Source of the DNA: an uncultured delta proteobacterium
GTDB lineage: Bacteria > Desulfobacterota > Syntrophia > Syntrophales > UBA2192
NCBI GenBank assembly: GCA_963705165.1
Contig: CAVPJD010000025.1
Coordinates: 845-64,844 of the forward strand
Direction: 5' to 3'
Length of the DNA: 64,000 bases
The notes under the pieces: generated by a model
Seen by the model: the letters and a program-made list of their open reading frames with translations, nothing else
Databases searched by the model: none
What the model was told of the DNA's origin: nothing
Part shown: in pieces, positions 20,723-29,857 of the stretch
Layout: the number at the start of each line of letters is the position of its first letter
Position numbering within the stretch: the stretch's first letter is position 1
Made by a program: the position numbers and the translations under genes

Positions 20723-21385
20723 ATGAAAAAGCAGATCGCACCCTCCATCCTCTCAGCCGATTTCAGCCGGCTGGGGGAGGAAATCAAGGCGGTGGAGAAG
20801 GCCGGCGCGGACCTGATCCACGTGGACGTCATGGACGGCCACTACGTGCCGAACATCACGATCGGCCCCGGTGTCGTCTCGTCCCTGAGAAAAACGACAG
20901 GCCTGCCCTTCGACGTGCATCTCATGATCGAAGACCCGGATCGCTACATCGATGCCTTTGTCGATGCGGGAAGCAACATCATCACGGTCCACGCCGAGGC
21001 GGTCATCCACCTGCACCGGACGGTACAATACATCAAGGGAAAAGGGGTCAAGGCCGGGGTGTCTCTGAACCCCTCGACACCACTTGCCTGCATCGAGGAG
21101 ATCCTGCCCGATATCGACCTGCTGCTGATCATGACGGTGAACCCGGGCTTCGGCGGACAGAAGTTCATCTCCGGCATGCTCCCCAAGATCCGCAAGGCCA
21201 GGGAACTCGCACGAACACGCGGCCTCAAGATGGCCATCGAAGTCGACGGGGGCGTCACGGCCGAGAACATCGGCACCCTCGCCGAGGCCGGGGCGGACAT
21301 CTTTGTGGCCGGGGCCGCCATCTTCGGCAGCCCGTCGTATGTTGAGACCATCGGAAAGATGAAGGGGATTCTGGCTAAGTTCTAG
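20723..21385 (+). CDS. rpe: ribulose-phosphate 3-epimerase
   Basis: ORF trimmed to ATG 20723: MKKQIAPSILSADFSRLGEEIKAVEKAGADLIHVDVMDGHYVPNIT... Confidence 0.95.
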   Translation: MKKQIAPSILSADFSRLGEEIKAVEKAGADLIHVDVMDGHYVPNITIGPGVVSSLRKTTGLPFDVHLMIEDPDRYIDAFVDAGSNIITVHAEAVIHLHRTVQYIKGKGVKAGVSLNPSTPLACIEEILPDIDLLLIMTVNPGFGGQKFISGMLPKIRKARELARTRGLKMAIEVDGGVTAENIGTLAEAGADIFVAGAAIFGSPSYVETIGKMKGILAKF

Positions 21386-21400
21386 AGATGCGTCTACGAA

Positions 21401-21500
21401 CGTGAGAGGGTAAGAAGGTAAGAGGGTGAGAAAAGAGAATGGATGTTCTTCTTCCATTCGTTCTTACCTTCTCACGTTCTTACCCTCCCACCTTCTTCTC
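21401..21500. repeat. opposed heptamer arrays (GGTAAGA / TCTTACC family) between convergent rpe and the DHH gene
   Basis: cgtgagagggtaagaaggtaagagggtgagaaaagagaatgg, a spacer, then ttcttcttccattcgttcttaccttctcacgttcttaccctcccaccttcttctc. The right arm overlaps the DHH gene 3' end. Confidence 0.7.
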
Positions 21501-22595
21501 ATCAACGGGCGTCTCGACCGCTTCCGGCTTGCGCGGGCCGGCCGCTTCCTGGCTGAACGACAGCAGGTTCTGCGCCTTCATATCCTTTCGCTTGAGCGCC
21601 TTCAGAAACCTCGACACAAGGATGTCCGTCAGCTCCTGGTGGGAGTGGCGAGGATTCTCGCTCGAGGGGGCCTTCCCGCCGGCCATCATCTCATGTCCGC
21701 CTCCCGCCCCCAAGTCCGCTACCATCTTCTGGGCGATCCGGTCCGCCGACCCCCGCCTCTTCTTCGTCCGCAGCGAGAAATAGACATCCCCGACAAATTC
21801 GCCCAGCGACAGGACCCACTTGACGCCCTCCGTGCGGACGATGAGATCGGCCATCTCGGCGATGATCTCCAGGTGCTCCACGTGGCCCAGATCCAGTGTG
21901 ACCACGTCCTTGTAGAGCCGTGCGCTGCTGATAGCTTTCTGAAGCATGCTCAGGTAGTCCCGCGGGACCTCCGGGTACTCGATCTGCGATAGCAGCCGGA
22001 AGAGCACCCTGTTGTAGAAGTACATGCAGGCATCGATGTCCTTCGGGCTCACCCCGCGTCCCAGGTCGCGCGTGTCGGACCGGACCCCGTAGAGAAGTGC
22101 CGTGGCCACCTTGCGGTCTACCTCCACAATCCCGGCATCCCTCAAATACTCGGCGAGAATCGTCGAGGTGCTCCCATAATCGGTGCGGACGTCGTAAAAC
22201 TGGGCGAGGCGGGTCTTTGCCCGGAAAGGCAAGTGGTGATCGATGACGATGTCGGGGATGATGGATCTCGGAAGGGAGTTGTTCCCGGCGCCCGGTTGCG
22301 TGTCTACTAGGGCGATGACGCTGTAATTGTTGATGTTGATCTCGGAAAGGGCGCGGAGGTCGATCTTCAGGTGGCGGATCATGGCCCTGTTTTCGGCCCG
22401 CCCCACGACACCGCTGGATGCAATGATGCTTCCGACTTTCCACTTCGTCTGGAATAGGTATTTGAGGGCGAAAGCCGCGGCAAGCGCATCGGGATCGGGG
22501 TGATTGTGCGTGACAATCAGGACTTTCCGCTTTCCCCGGATGAGCTCGTGGAGTTTCTCGAGGCGGGTCTTGTTGTTTGTGTCGTTCTGACCCAT
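21480..22595 (-). CDS. DHH/DHHA1-family phosphoesterase
   Basis: 371 aa. VTHNHPDPDALAAAFAL, VIDHH motif, GGGHEMMAGG (DHHA1). Confidence 0.8.
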   Translation of the reverse strand: MGQNDTNNKTRLEKLHELIRGKRKVLIVTHNHPDPDALAAAFALKYLFQTKWKVGSIIASSGVVGRAENRAMIRHLKIDLRALSEININNYSVIALVDTQPGAGNNSLPRSIIPDIVIDHHLPFRAKTRLAQFYDVRTDYGSTSTILAEYLRDAGIVEVDRKVATALLYGVRSDTRDLGRGVSPKDIDACMYFYNRVLFRLLSQIEYPEVPRDYLSMLQKAISSARLYKDVVTLDLGHVEHLEIIAEMADLIVRTEGVKWVLSLGEFVGDVYFSLRTKKRRGSADRIAQKMVADLGAGGGHEMMAGGKAPSSENPRHSHQELTDILVSRFLKALKRKDMKAQNLLSFSQEAAGPRKPEAVETPVDEKKVGG

Positions 22596-22860
22596 GATTC
22601 CAGGGTGCCGTCAAAATATCAAAGCACCGGCCAATGAATCCTGTTTCCCCGATCCCGCAGGGAACGGCCCGAGGAGTTCATGCTTCGCCCCCGGTCCGCA
22701 TCCTTCGGGCCTCGAACCTGCGGCCTCGGCCGCCAAAGCGTAGGGGCGATTATAGGACTTCGGTTAGGAATGTCCACAACTATTTTATCGCCGCCGGAAC
22801 GGGTAAACTCTACATTTCAATCGCCTTGTAGCCACCGCTCAAGTGGGGTATTATAAATAT

Positions 22861-23025
22861 GGCATACGGCATATGGCTTAAGGAAACGGAAGAAAGAAAA
22901 GATCCGTTTTCCACTTTACGCCATTAGCCCTTTGCCCTCAGCCGATACAGTTGACAACGGGCGTAAGGCTAAAGGTAAGAAAGAAATATCCTGCCCTTTG
23001 CCTTTAGCCCTTAGCCCTAAGCCGG
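22861..23025. repeat. two successive opposed heptamer array pairs upstream of the NYN gene
   Basis: ggcatac ggcatat ggcttaa, then hairpin GGAAACGGA...TCCGTTTTCC, then gccatta gcccttt gccctca gcc. Then gcgtaaggctaaaggtaaga followed by ctgccct ttgcctt tagccct tagccct aagcc. Confidence 0.7.
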
Positions 23026-23032
23026 TTTTTAT

Positions 23033-23563
23033 ATGCACATCATCATCGACGGTTACAACCTCATCAGGCAGTCCGATGTGCTGCGCCTGCATGAACGCCA
23101 GGGGCTGGAAGCCGGGCGCAAGGCCCTGGTTCACCTGCTGGCCGGCTACCGGAGGGACAGGGGACACCGTATCACCGTCGTATTCGACGGGTGGCTCGGC
23201 GGCTCTCCCCAGGAGGAGCGCGACCGGGAAGCGGGCATCGACATCATCTATTCACGGCGGGGGGAGAAAGCCGATGAGGTCATCAAGCGGCTTGCCCGCC
23301 AGCACGCCTATGAGACGCTCGTCGTCACATCGGACCGTCCCGTCATGGACGCAGCCATCCGCGCGGGGGTCACGGCAGTCCCTTCCGGGGAATTCGAGGC
23401 CCGGATCCGTCAAAGCCGGAGCGCCCCCGCACAGGGCCCTGCCGCTGCCGACAAGGACAATGACGACGACAACCCCTCCTGCCGCGGGACAAAGAAAAAA
23501 GGCCCCTCCCACCGGACATCCAAGCGAGAGAGGCTCAAACAAAGGGGCATGGACAAGCTGTAG
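23033..23563 (+). CDS. NYN-domain (YacP-like, PIN-related) putative RNase
   Basis: 176 aa, MHIIIDGYNLIRQSD...VVFDGW...VVTSDR, with a charged C-terminal tail. Confidence 0.75.
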   Translation: MHIIIDGYNLIRQSDVLRLHERQGLEAGRKALVHLLAGYRRDRGHRITVVFDGWLGGSPQEERDREAGIDIIYSRRGEKADEVIKRLARQHAYETLVVTSDRPVMDAAIRAGVTAVPSGEFEARIRQSRSAPAQGPAAADKDNDDDNPSCRGTKKKGPSHRTSKRERLKQRGMDKL

Positions 23564-23570
23564 CCAAAAG

Positions 23571-23681
23571 CAGTCTACAGTCCACAGCCGACAGCCCACA
23601 GCAAACATTTACGATTCTTTGATGACTGTTGACTGTCGGCTGTCGGCTTCTTCTGTTACCTGTTACCTGTTACCTGTTACC
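23571..23681. repeat. opposed heptamer arrays (CAGNCNA / CTGTNGN), then 4x TGTTACC
   Basis: cagtcta cagtcca cagccga cagccca cagcaaa, a spacer, then ctgttga ctgtcgg ctgtcgg cttcttc tgttacc x4. The last units encode the holA tail (GEVTGNR). Confidence 0.75.
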
Positions 23682-25075
23682 TCTCCTTTCGTCCCCGCCT
23701 GCCCGCAGAGTTCTATGAGCAATCTCTCCAACAAAAGCCGCGGGTCCTGCCCCGTCGATTTCATGGCGGTATCGACGGCGAGCACCCGTTCCAGGTGCCC
23801 CATCAATTCCCCGTAGGAAAAGCGCGTCGAGTTACGAAGCGCATTGAAGACCACATAGGGGTGTTGGCTTGCGAGGGATTTCCCTTTCCCCAGCTCGACC
23901 TCGAGCCCCTTCACCGCAGGGTAGACGGCCCGCTGGAACGGGCCGAAGTCCATGTCGGCGCGAAAGCCGGCGATCCGGCCCGCATCGAGAAACAGCTTTC
24001 CGTGGAAGAGGAAACGGACCTCCCGGGTGATCATGGCGAGAATGACGAGGTGATGGACGCCCTGGTACAGCAGATCGCCGAGGCTCGCCAGGGCCTTGCG
24101 GAGGTCTTTTCCCACGAGCGCTTCCGTGAGGTCGAAAACGGTGTCGTCACGGGTACGGCCGATGACCGTCTCCACGTCGGCAGGTTCGATCGCCGTCCGG
24201 TCCCCCGTGTAGGTGATCAGCTGATCGAGGGCTTCGGCGGAATCCCGCAGGCGAAATCCCGTTTTTCTCCCCAGGACGACCCAGGCTTCGGGGCTGAGCG
24301 TCTTGCCTCTCCGGGAGAGCTTCTCGCGGAGATTTTCCATCATGAGGCTGCGCTGCCTTGCCTCGCCCCGGGTTCGGATGAAGGACAGAACGACGCCCTG
24401 CTCGGTGAGCACCTTGAAGAGCTTCTTTCTCCGATCGACGGAATCGGCCGTCATGACCAGGCAGTGCCCCTCGGGAAGCCCCGATGCGAGGAGCTCCTCC
24501 AGGACTTCCGTTCCGCCGGTACGGTGCCGTCCGGCCATCATCCCCTGCCCTGCACAGTACTCCAGCACCCGGGGGAACCACTTCTCCCGACCCTCGCCCC
24601 CCTCGCCCCCTGCGGCGTCGTGCCACTGCTCGTCGGTGATCCTTCTCCACCCGTCGTCGCGGAGCTCATCGATAGACCAGCCCGCCAGATCCAGAAAGAT
24701 CATGAAGGCCCGGGCCGCCGCCGGGAGGTCCGACTCGGCGCTGTCGGCGATTTTTCTGACCAGCTCGGGCAGGGATGTCTTCGAATAGAAAAGGCGGGTC
24801 TTGGGCAGGAGCACAACCTTGGAGCCCGGGATGAGAGGCGGCGTCAGAAGGGCCTCGCAGACGGGATCGACTCCTCCCGACTCGTTGTCCATGACAAAGA
24901 GGTTCAGGTCCCTGTCCTGTGCCGGGATCAGGGCGTCGACAAGCTTCCCCAGGGCCTCTTCCACAAGGAAGTCCTCATCCCCGTACAGGAGGTAACAGGG
25001 CGCTCTTCGGCCCTTCGAGATGTCCTTCAGGACGCTCTCGAGACTCTTTTCTGCGCTCGGTTCTTTCTGGCTCAT
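23663..25075 (-). CDS. holA: DNA polymerase III delta subunit (long form)
   Basis: ORF trimmed to ATG 25075: MSQKEPSAEKSLESVLKDISKGRRAPCYLLYGDEDFLVEEAL..., a typical HolA N-domain, plus the C-terminal domain. About 470 aa, which I believe is longer than usual. Confidence 0.75.
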   Translation of the reverse strand: MSQKEPSAEKSLESVLKDISKGRRAPCYLLYGDEDFLVEEALGKLVDALIPAQDRDLNLFVMDNESGGVDPVCEALLTPPLIPGSKVVLLPKTRLFYSKTSLPELVRKIADSAESDLPAAARAFMIFLDLAGWSIDELRDDGWRRITDEQWHDAAGGEGGEGREKWFPRVLEYCAGQGMMAGRHRTGGTEVLEELLASGLPEGHCLVMTADSVDRRKKLFKVLTEQGVVLSFIRTRGEARQRSLMMENLREKLSRRGKTLSPEAWVVLGRKTGFRLRDSAEALDQLITYTGDRTAIEPADVETVIGRTRDDTVFDLTEALVGKDLRKALASLGDLLYQGVHHLVILAMITREVRFLFHGKLFLDAGRIAGFRADMDFGPFQRAVYPAVKGLEVELGKGKSLASQHPYVVFNALRNSTRFSYGELMGHLERVLAVDTAMKSTGQDPRLLLERLLIELCGQAGTKGEVTGNR

Positions 25076-25223
25076 TCCTCTGTTTCCGTTGACGAGAAAA
25101 ATCCTCCGCCGGCCACGAATCAACCGGCAGACCGTGACTGATATACATCAATTAGGGGAAAAACGGGAGAGCTGATATTCGGGAAACGTAAGCGGGAAAA
25201 ATCTTCAGGAAAGGAAATCGCGT

Positions 25224-25267
25224 CTTGCGTCTTTTGCCCTGGACCCTGGACCCTATACCCTGTACCC
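25224..25267. repeat. heptamer array, CCCTNNN family
   Basis: cttgcgt cttttgc cctggac cctggac cctatac cctgtac cc. Confidence 0.7.
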
Positions 25268-25282
25268 GCGGCTGCCAAGCCG

Positions 25283-25936
25283 CTACGTGATGACGAATTT
25301 ACGGATGTAATTCACCACCTCTTCGGGCTCGTCCATGACGCGGATCAAATCCATGTCCTCCCGGGTGATCATCCCCTGGGCGAGCATGGTAGCCTTCAGC
25401 CAGTCGAGAAGCCCCTGCCAGTACTCGCTTCCCATCAGAATGACGGGGAAACTCTTGATCCGTTTGGTCTGGATCAGGGTGAGCGCTTCAAAGAGTTCAT
25501 CCAGGGTCCCGAACCCCCCGGGCATGATGACATAAGCCATGGCGAACTTGACGAACATGACCTTCCGGATGAAAAAGTACTTGTGGTAGAGCTTGACGTT
25601 GGCAAACTCGTTGGGGGTCTGCTCAAAGGGCAGGCGGATGTTCATGCCGACCGACGTGCCGCCCGCTTCGGCGGCGCCCTTGTTGGCTGCCTCCATGATG
25701 CCGGGGCCACCGCCCGTGATGACGGCGAATCCCTGCTGGGCCAGCAGCCGCGACAGGTGCTCTGCCTTCTGATAGTATTTGTTGGCGGGGGTGGTCCGGG
25801 CGGACCCGAAGATGGTAACGGCTCGCCCGAGATCGGAGAGTTCTTCTATGGCTTCGACGAACTCCGCCATGATGCGGAACATTCGCCAGGATTCGTTAAC
25901 GGAAAGGGCATCGACGAGATATTGTTTTTCTTCCAT
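25283..25936 (-). CDS. LOG-family (TIGR00730) nucleotide phosphoribohydrolase
   Basis: ORF trimmed to ATG 25936: MEEKQYLVDAL...TIFGSARTTP...ITGGGPGIMEAANKGA...PGGFGTLDELFE. Confidence 0.85.
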   Translation of the reverse strand: MEEKQYLVDALSVNESWRMFRIMAEFVEAIEELSDLGRAVTIFGSARTTPANKYYQKAEHLSRLLAQQGFAVITGGGPGIMEAANKGAAEAGGTSVGMNIRLPFEQTPNEFANVKLYHKYFFIRKVMFVKFAMAYVIMPGGFGTLDELFEALTLIQTKRIKSFPVILMGSEYWQGLLDWLKATMLAQGMITREDMDLIRVMDEPEEVVNYIRKFVIT

Positions 25937-26033
25937 CAGACACAGTACAGGGATCGGGGCAGAAACCCTTCGGTGAGATTCCTGCCCCCGTCCCCGGTGA
26001 AGGTTGTCTGTGAAAATTCGTCCATCCGGCCGA

Positions 26034-26225
26034 TTACGTGTGACGCCGTCTCTGGATCTTGGCAAGCCGCCGTCTCGCCTCGAGCGCTTTTCTCTTGCGC
26101 TTGACGGAAGGCTTTTCGTAGGCACGACGCAGCTTCAGTTCCTTGAACAGGCCGTTCTTCGACAGCTTGTTCTTCAGAACCTTCAATGCCTTGTCGACAT
26201 CGTTGTCGAAAACCTTGACTTCCAA
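26034..26225 (-). CDS. rpsU: 30S ribosomal protein S21
   Basis: 63 aa, MEVKVFDNDVDKALKVLKNKLSKNGLFKELKLRRAYEKPSVKRKRK... Confidence 0.95.
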   Translation of the reverse strand: MEVKVFDNDVDKALKVLKNKLSKNGLFKELKLRRAYEKPSVKRKRKALEARRRLAKIQRRRHT

Positions 26226-26431
26226 ATATGATCGCTCCCTTCCTATTAAATTCGTATGTCCGGATCAGGGAAAAGCAAACATAACCGCAGCGGAATCAAA
26301 GGCGATTTCATAGGACGTGCGAGCACATGAAATGATCGATGAATCCGATTTTCCCCGCGAAACTGTTGAATATTATTGGAAAACAATATTATTGTCAATC
26401 AAAACTTTGCGTTAGATGACGATTTCAGTCA

Positions 26432-27262
26432 TCACGACGGCTCCCCTTCCCCGCCGGGGGTGCTTTTCCCCTCCAGATTCCACCGGTCCGTGCCGTACTT
26501 CCCGGCCAGCAGCTGTTCTTTCAAGGCCTCTTCCGCAGCCGTCAGGCCCTCCTCGGCCAGGGTGATGCCGAGCGTGTCCTCGAAGGCCCCCCGGAGGACC
26601 CGGGCGAGCTCGTCGGCCCCGATGACCCTGCCGAGCTGCTCCCGGAGGGTCGTCGTGGAACTCGAGATCCCGGCTGCGGGGACCCGCATGACCGCCGCAG
26701 CACGGGCGGGATCGACGTCGATCAAAAGCGACCCGTGCTGGAGGAAGGCGCCGCCTGCCCTCACCTGGGCGCTGCCGCAGATCTTGCGCCCCCCCACGAG
26801 AAGCTCGTATTTTGACGGGGCGGCAAAACAGTATGCCTCCAGGGGCGTTCCCGCGGCCGAGCGTCCCTCGGACACCATCTCCGGCGTGAGGCCAAGCCGC
26901 TTGAGGGCTTCCACGATACAGGCACTGATAACCCGGTAGGTCTCGAGGATATCACCGGCGAACAGGGGGTGATCCATGGCCGCCACGAGCGAGTAGGTCA
27001 GCTCGTGTTCGTGCAGGACGGCCTTGCCCCCCGTGGGCCGGCGCACGATGTCGATCCCCTCGCGCCGGCAGGTTTCGACATCGATCTCCCGGGAGGTTTT
27101 CTGGAAGTAACCGAGCGAGACGGCAGGGGGCTGCCAGCCGAAGAATCGCAGCGTGGGGGGCAGGGCCTCACGGCGGTTCAAGCGGAAGACGGCCTCGTCG
27201 ACGGCCATGTTCTCGGCGGCGCGCAATACCCGGCAGGGCAGCAGGCGCCAGGAAGTTTTCAT
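26432..27262 (-). CDS. lipoate-protein ligase / octanoyltransferase family protein (BPL/LplA/LipB catalytic domain)
   Basis: 276 aa, ...AENMAVDEAVF...TLRFFGWQPPAVSLGYFQ...RRPTGGKAVLHEHELTYS...KICGSAQ. Overlaps the gcvH stop by 4 nt. Confidence 0.8.
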   Translation of the reverse strand: MKTSWRLLPCRVLRAAENMAVDEAVFRLNRREALPPTLRFFGWQPPAVSLGYFQKTSREIDVETCRREGIDIVRRPTGGKAVLHEHELTYSLVAAMDHPLFAGDILETYRVISACIVEALKRLGLTPEMVSEGRSAAGTPLEAYCFAAPSKYELLVGGRKICGSAQVRAGGAFLQHGSLLIDVDPARAAAVMRVPAAGISSSTTTLREQLGRVIGADELARVLRGAFEDTLGITLAEEGLTAAEEALKEQLLAGKYGTDRWNLEGKSTPGGEGEPS

Positions 27263-27660
27263 TCCTCGATCCCGGCTTCCTCGCCGACATACTCCCTGTA
27301 TTCCTCTGCATCGAGGAGGTTGTTGAGCTCATCGAGATCGCGCAACTCCACCATGATCAGCCAGCCGGCCCCATAGGGATCGCTGTTGATCACGCCGATG
27401 TCGTCCTCGATGTCCTCGTTGACACTGATGACCTCGCCGCTGACCGGCGATATGAGCTCCGCAACCGATTTGGACGACTCGATGACGCCAAAGGGTTCAT
27501 CCTGCTCGACTTCCGCATCCGTCCCGGGCAGCTCGATGGAATAAAGCTCCCCGAGTTTCTCCTGGGCATAGTCGGAGACCCCGACGGTGGCCATGTTCCC
27601 ATCCACCCTCACCCAGGTGTGCTCGCGGCTGTAGAATAGATCCTCCTGGAAAACGGACAT
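27259..27660 (-). CDS. gcvH: glycine cleavage system H protein (lipoyl carrier)
   Basis: 133 aa, ...YSREHTWVRVDGNMATVGVSDYAQEKLGELYSIELP...VIESSKSVAELISPVSGEV (lipoyl-Lys motif). Confidence 0.9.
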   Translation of the reverse strand: MSVFQEDLFYSREHTWVRVDGNMATVGVSDYAQEKLGELYSIELPGTDAEVEQDEPFGVIESSKSVAELISPVSGEVISVNEDIEDDIGVINSDPYGAGWLIMVELRDLDELNNLLDAEEYREYVGEEAGIEE

Positions 27661-27731
27661 GACTCCCTCACAGCATAAGAAGAAGGTAAGAAGGTTTCAC
27701 CCGATAATCTGCAACTCTTTCGGAAACTCTG

Positions 27732-28751
27732 TCAGCACACGTCCCCCCCCTTCTCGACGAGAACCGTGTCCTCGATACGGACCCCGCCGAAGCCGGGCAG
27801 ATAGATCCCCGGTTCGATGGTGATCACCATCCCCTGCTCAAGAACGGCATCGGAGAGGGTCGAGAGCCTGGGGGCCTCGTGGACGTCGAGTCCCACACCG
27901 TGCCCCGTCCCATGGGAAAAGAGAGGACCGTAACCGGCCTTCTCGATGACGCCACGGGCTGCGGCATCCACGTCGCGGCAGGCAACGCCGGGCCTCACCG
28001 CCTCCAGGGCCCTGTCGTGGGCTTCCTTGACAACGCCGTATATTTTCTCATGCCGCCTTCCCGCCACGCCGACGACAAAGGTGCAGGTCTCGTCCGAGTG
28101 GTACCCGCGCCAGACGGCCCCGTAATCGATGACCACGAAGTCCCCCGGCCGGATCTTCCGTCTTCCCGGCCGGGCATGGGGAAGTGCGCTGTTGGCTCCT
28201 GACGCAATGATCGTGTCAAAGGAGGGGGCTTCAGCACCCATGCTGCGCATGGCATACTCGAGCTCGATGGCAATGTCGCGCTCGCACACCCCGGGCCGGA
28301 TGCGCTCCAGGGTTGACCTCAGGGCACCTGCGGCGATGCGGATCGCCCTGCGGATCAGCTTGATTTCTTCGGCATCCTTGACGGCACGAATGGCGCCGAG
28401 TTCCCTCTGAAGAGGCTTCCAGCGCACCTTTTTCGACTTCCGGCGCAGGGAGCTCAGCAGCTCCACCGTCGCGACGGCAGGCTCGAAGCCGACTTGTTCA
28501 ACCCCCCCTGCGGAAAGGGCCTCGGCGACCCCGGAGACTTTGTCGCGGTAAAGGACCACCCGGACCCCCGGGGCCTGCTCCGCGGCCTGGGTCACGTAGC
28601 GGCCGTCCACGAGGAGAGCCGGTTTGCCCGCCCCCACGACGAGAGCCCCGTCACTGCCGGTAAAGCCTGTCAGGTAGCGGATGTTCTTGAGATCGAGGAT
28701 GAGAAAAGCCTCCAGGCCCGAGCGCCGCAGGAGCGCCCGCAGCCGGGACAT
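27732..28751 (-). CDS. M24-family Xaa-Pro aminopeptidase
   Basis: ORF trimmed to ATG 28751: MSRLRALLRRSGLEAFLILDLKNIRYLTGF... with the metal-ligand context HGTGHGVGLDVHE...ITIEPG. Confidence 0.85.
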   Translation of the reverse strand: MSRLRALLRRSGLEAFLILDLKNIRYLTGFTGSDGALVVGAGKPALLVDGRYVTQAAEQAPGVRVVLYRDKVSGVAEALSAGGVEQVGFEPAVATVELLSSLRRKSKKVRWKPLQRELGAIRAVKDAEEIKLIRRAIRIAAGALRSTLERIRPGVCERDIAIELEYAMRSMGAEAPSFDTIIASGANSALPHARPGRRKIRPGDFVVIDYGAVWRGYHSDETCTFVVGVAGRRHEKIYGVVKEAHDRALEAVRPGVACRDVDAAARGVIEKAGYGPLFSHGTGHGVGLDVHEAPRLSTLSDAVLEQGMVITIEPGIYLPGFGGVRIEDTVLVEKGGDVC

Positions 28752-28773
28752 CCTCGGGGCGGTGGCAGGCCGT

Positions 28774-29655
28774 TCAGGCATTCCCTTGCATCCTGTCGAG
28801 AGAGACAAGCCACCGGTTCAGCTCTCCGATGACCCGCTCGCGGTGATCCGGGAGGGCGGGTTCCTGCCGGCCTCCGGCGGCTGCATCTGTTGCCGGTTCG
28901 TCGGGCTCGGGCAACTCCGTCCCGATCGTGCGGCCAAACAGGCTATGGAAGGGCGGCGCCACCGGCTCCCCGAAAAAGAGATCCTTGCGTTCTTCGTCCG
29001 GAGCCCCCTCGCCGGGAACGGTTGGTTTCTCATCCTCCCGGGCCTGCGGCCGGAGTTTCCGGAGTCTCTCCAGGGCATCCTGGTTCTGGGGATCCGTGGC
29101 GAGGATTTCCTTGAGGAGAGCCTCGGCCAGTTCCCGGTATCCCTGCCGCGCATAGAGATCGGCCAGCGTCAGGGTTTTGAAATCGGCGGCCCGGGGCAAT
29201 CCGACATCCTCGTCGGGCTTTTCCGCCCCCGTCTCCGGGTAAGTCCGGCTCTCCCTCCGCAGCCTGTCCTCCAGGTTCGCAATGGCCTCCGGGGATTCGG
29301 GATTCATGGACATGTAGATGCGGGAGGCCCGTTCGGCCTCCTCATCGAGCCCTTGGTCCCGGCAGAGTTCGGAAAGAATGCCGAAGACCGGCGACCAGCG
29401 GATCACGTCTTCGGAGAGTCCCCTCAGCACATCGAGGGCAGGCTCCCTTTCCCCTTTCCGATACCAGCCGATGCCGAGAATGATCTTGGCTTCCGTGTCA
29501 TCGGGGTAGATCCGCAGACGCTCGAGCGCCAGATCGACGGCGAGGGCCGGGTCCTGTTCGAGGCAGGCCTCGGCCCGGGCGATGAACTCCTTGCGGTCCA
29601 CAACCTCGCTGAGACTCACCATCTCGTAGCCGCCCCTTGTGTCGCCCTTTTCCAT
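28774..29655 (-). CDS. TPR-repeat protein downstream of the pil operon terminator
   Basis: 293 aa. TPR-like helical repeats at both ends (...DTEAKIILGIGWYRKGE...; ...LADLYARQGYRELAEALLKEILATDPQNQDALERL). Confidence 0.6.
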   Translation of the reverse strand: MEKGDTRGGYEMVSLSEVVDRKEFIARAEACLEQDPALAVDLALERLRIYPDDTEAKIILGIGWYRKGEREPALDVLRGLSEDVIRWSPVFGILSELCRDQGLDEEAERASRIYMSMNPESPEAIANLEDRLRRESRTYPETGAEKPDEDVGLPRAADFKTLTLADLYARQGYRELAEALLKEILATDPQNQDALERLRKLRPQAREDEKPTVPGEGAPDEERKDLFFGEPVAPPFHSLFGRTIGTELPEPDEPATDAAAGGRQEPALPDHRERVIGELNRWLVSLDRMQGNA

Positions 29656-29769
29656 TAGCCAGCTTTCCCGGTCTCTTTCCGATACGTTCTTGTCCGATCT
29701 TCCTCGCTTCCGCTCTTCCGATCTTCGCGTTCAGTCGGGGGACTAACACAGCCCTCTTTGTGTGTCAAG

Positions 29770-29805
29770 ATTGAAAAGACCCCGCCGCGTCGTCGCGGCG
29801 GGGTC
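29770..29805 (-). terminator. intrinsic terminator of the pilMNOPQ operon
   Basis: Minus strand reads GACCCCGCCGCG-acga-CGCGGCGGGGTC then TTTTCAATCTT. 12-bp GC stem. Confidence 0.7.
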
Positions 29806-29810
29806 TCTGA

Positions 29811-29850
29811 TCTTGCCTTTCGCCTTTACCCGTTAGCCTTTTGCATTTCT
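29811..29850. repeat. heptamer array NNGCCTT family between the pilQ stop and its terminator
   Basis: tcttgcc tttcgcc tttaccc gttagcc ttttgca tttct. Confidence 0.6.
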
Positions 29851-29857
29851 CCCGGGA

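Noticed and set aside
22951-22982. TTGACA at 22951 as the promoter of the NYN gene.
   Set aside because: No acceptable -10 hexamer at 16-19 nt spacing. The downstream sequence is simply heptamer repeat.
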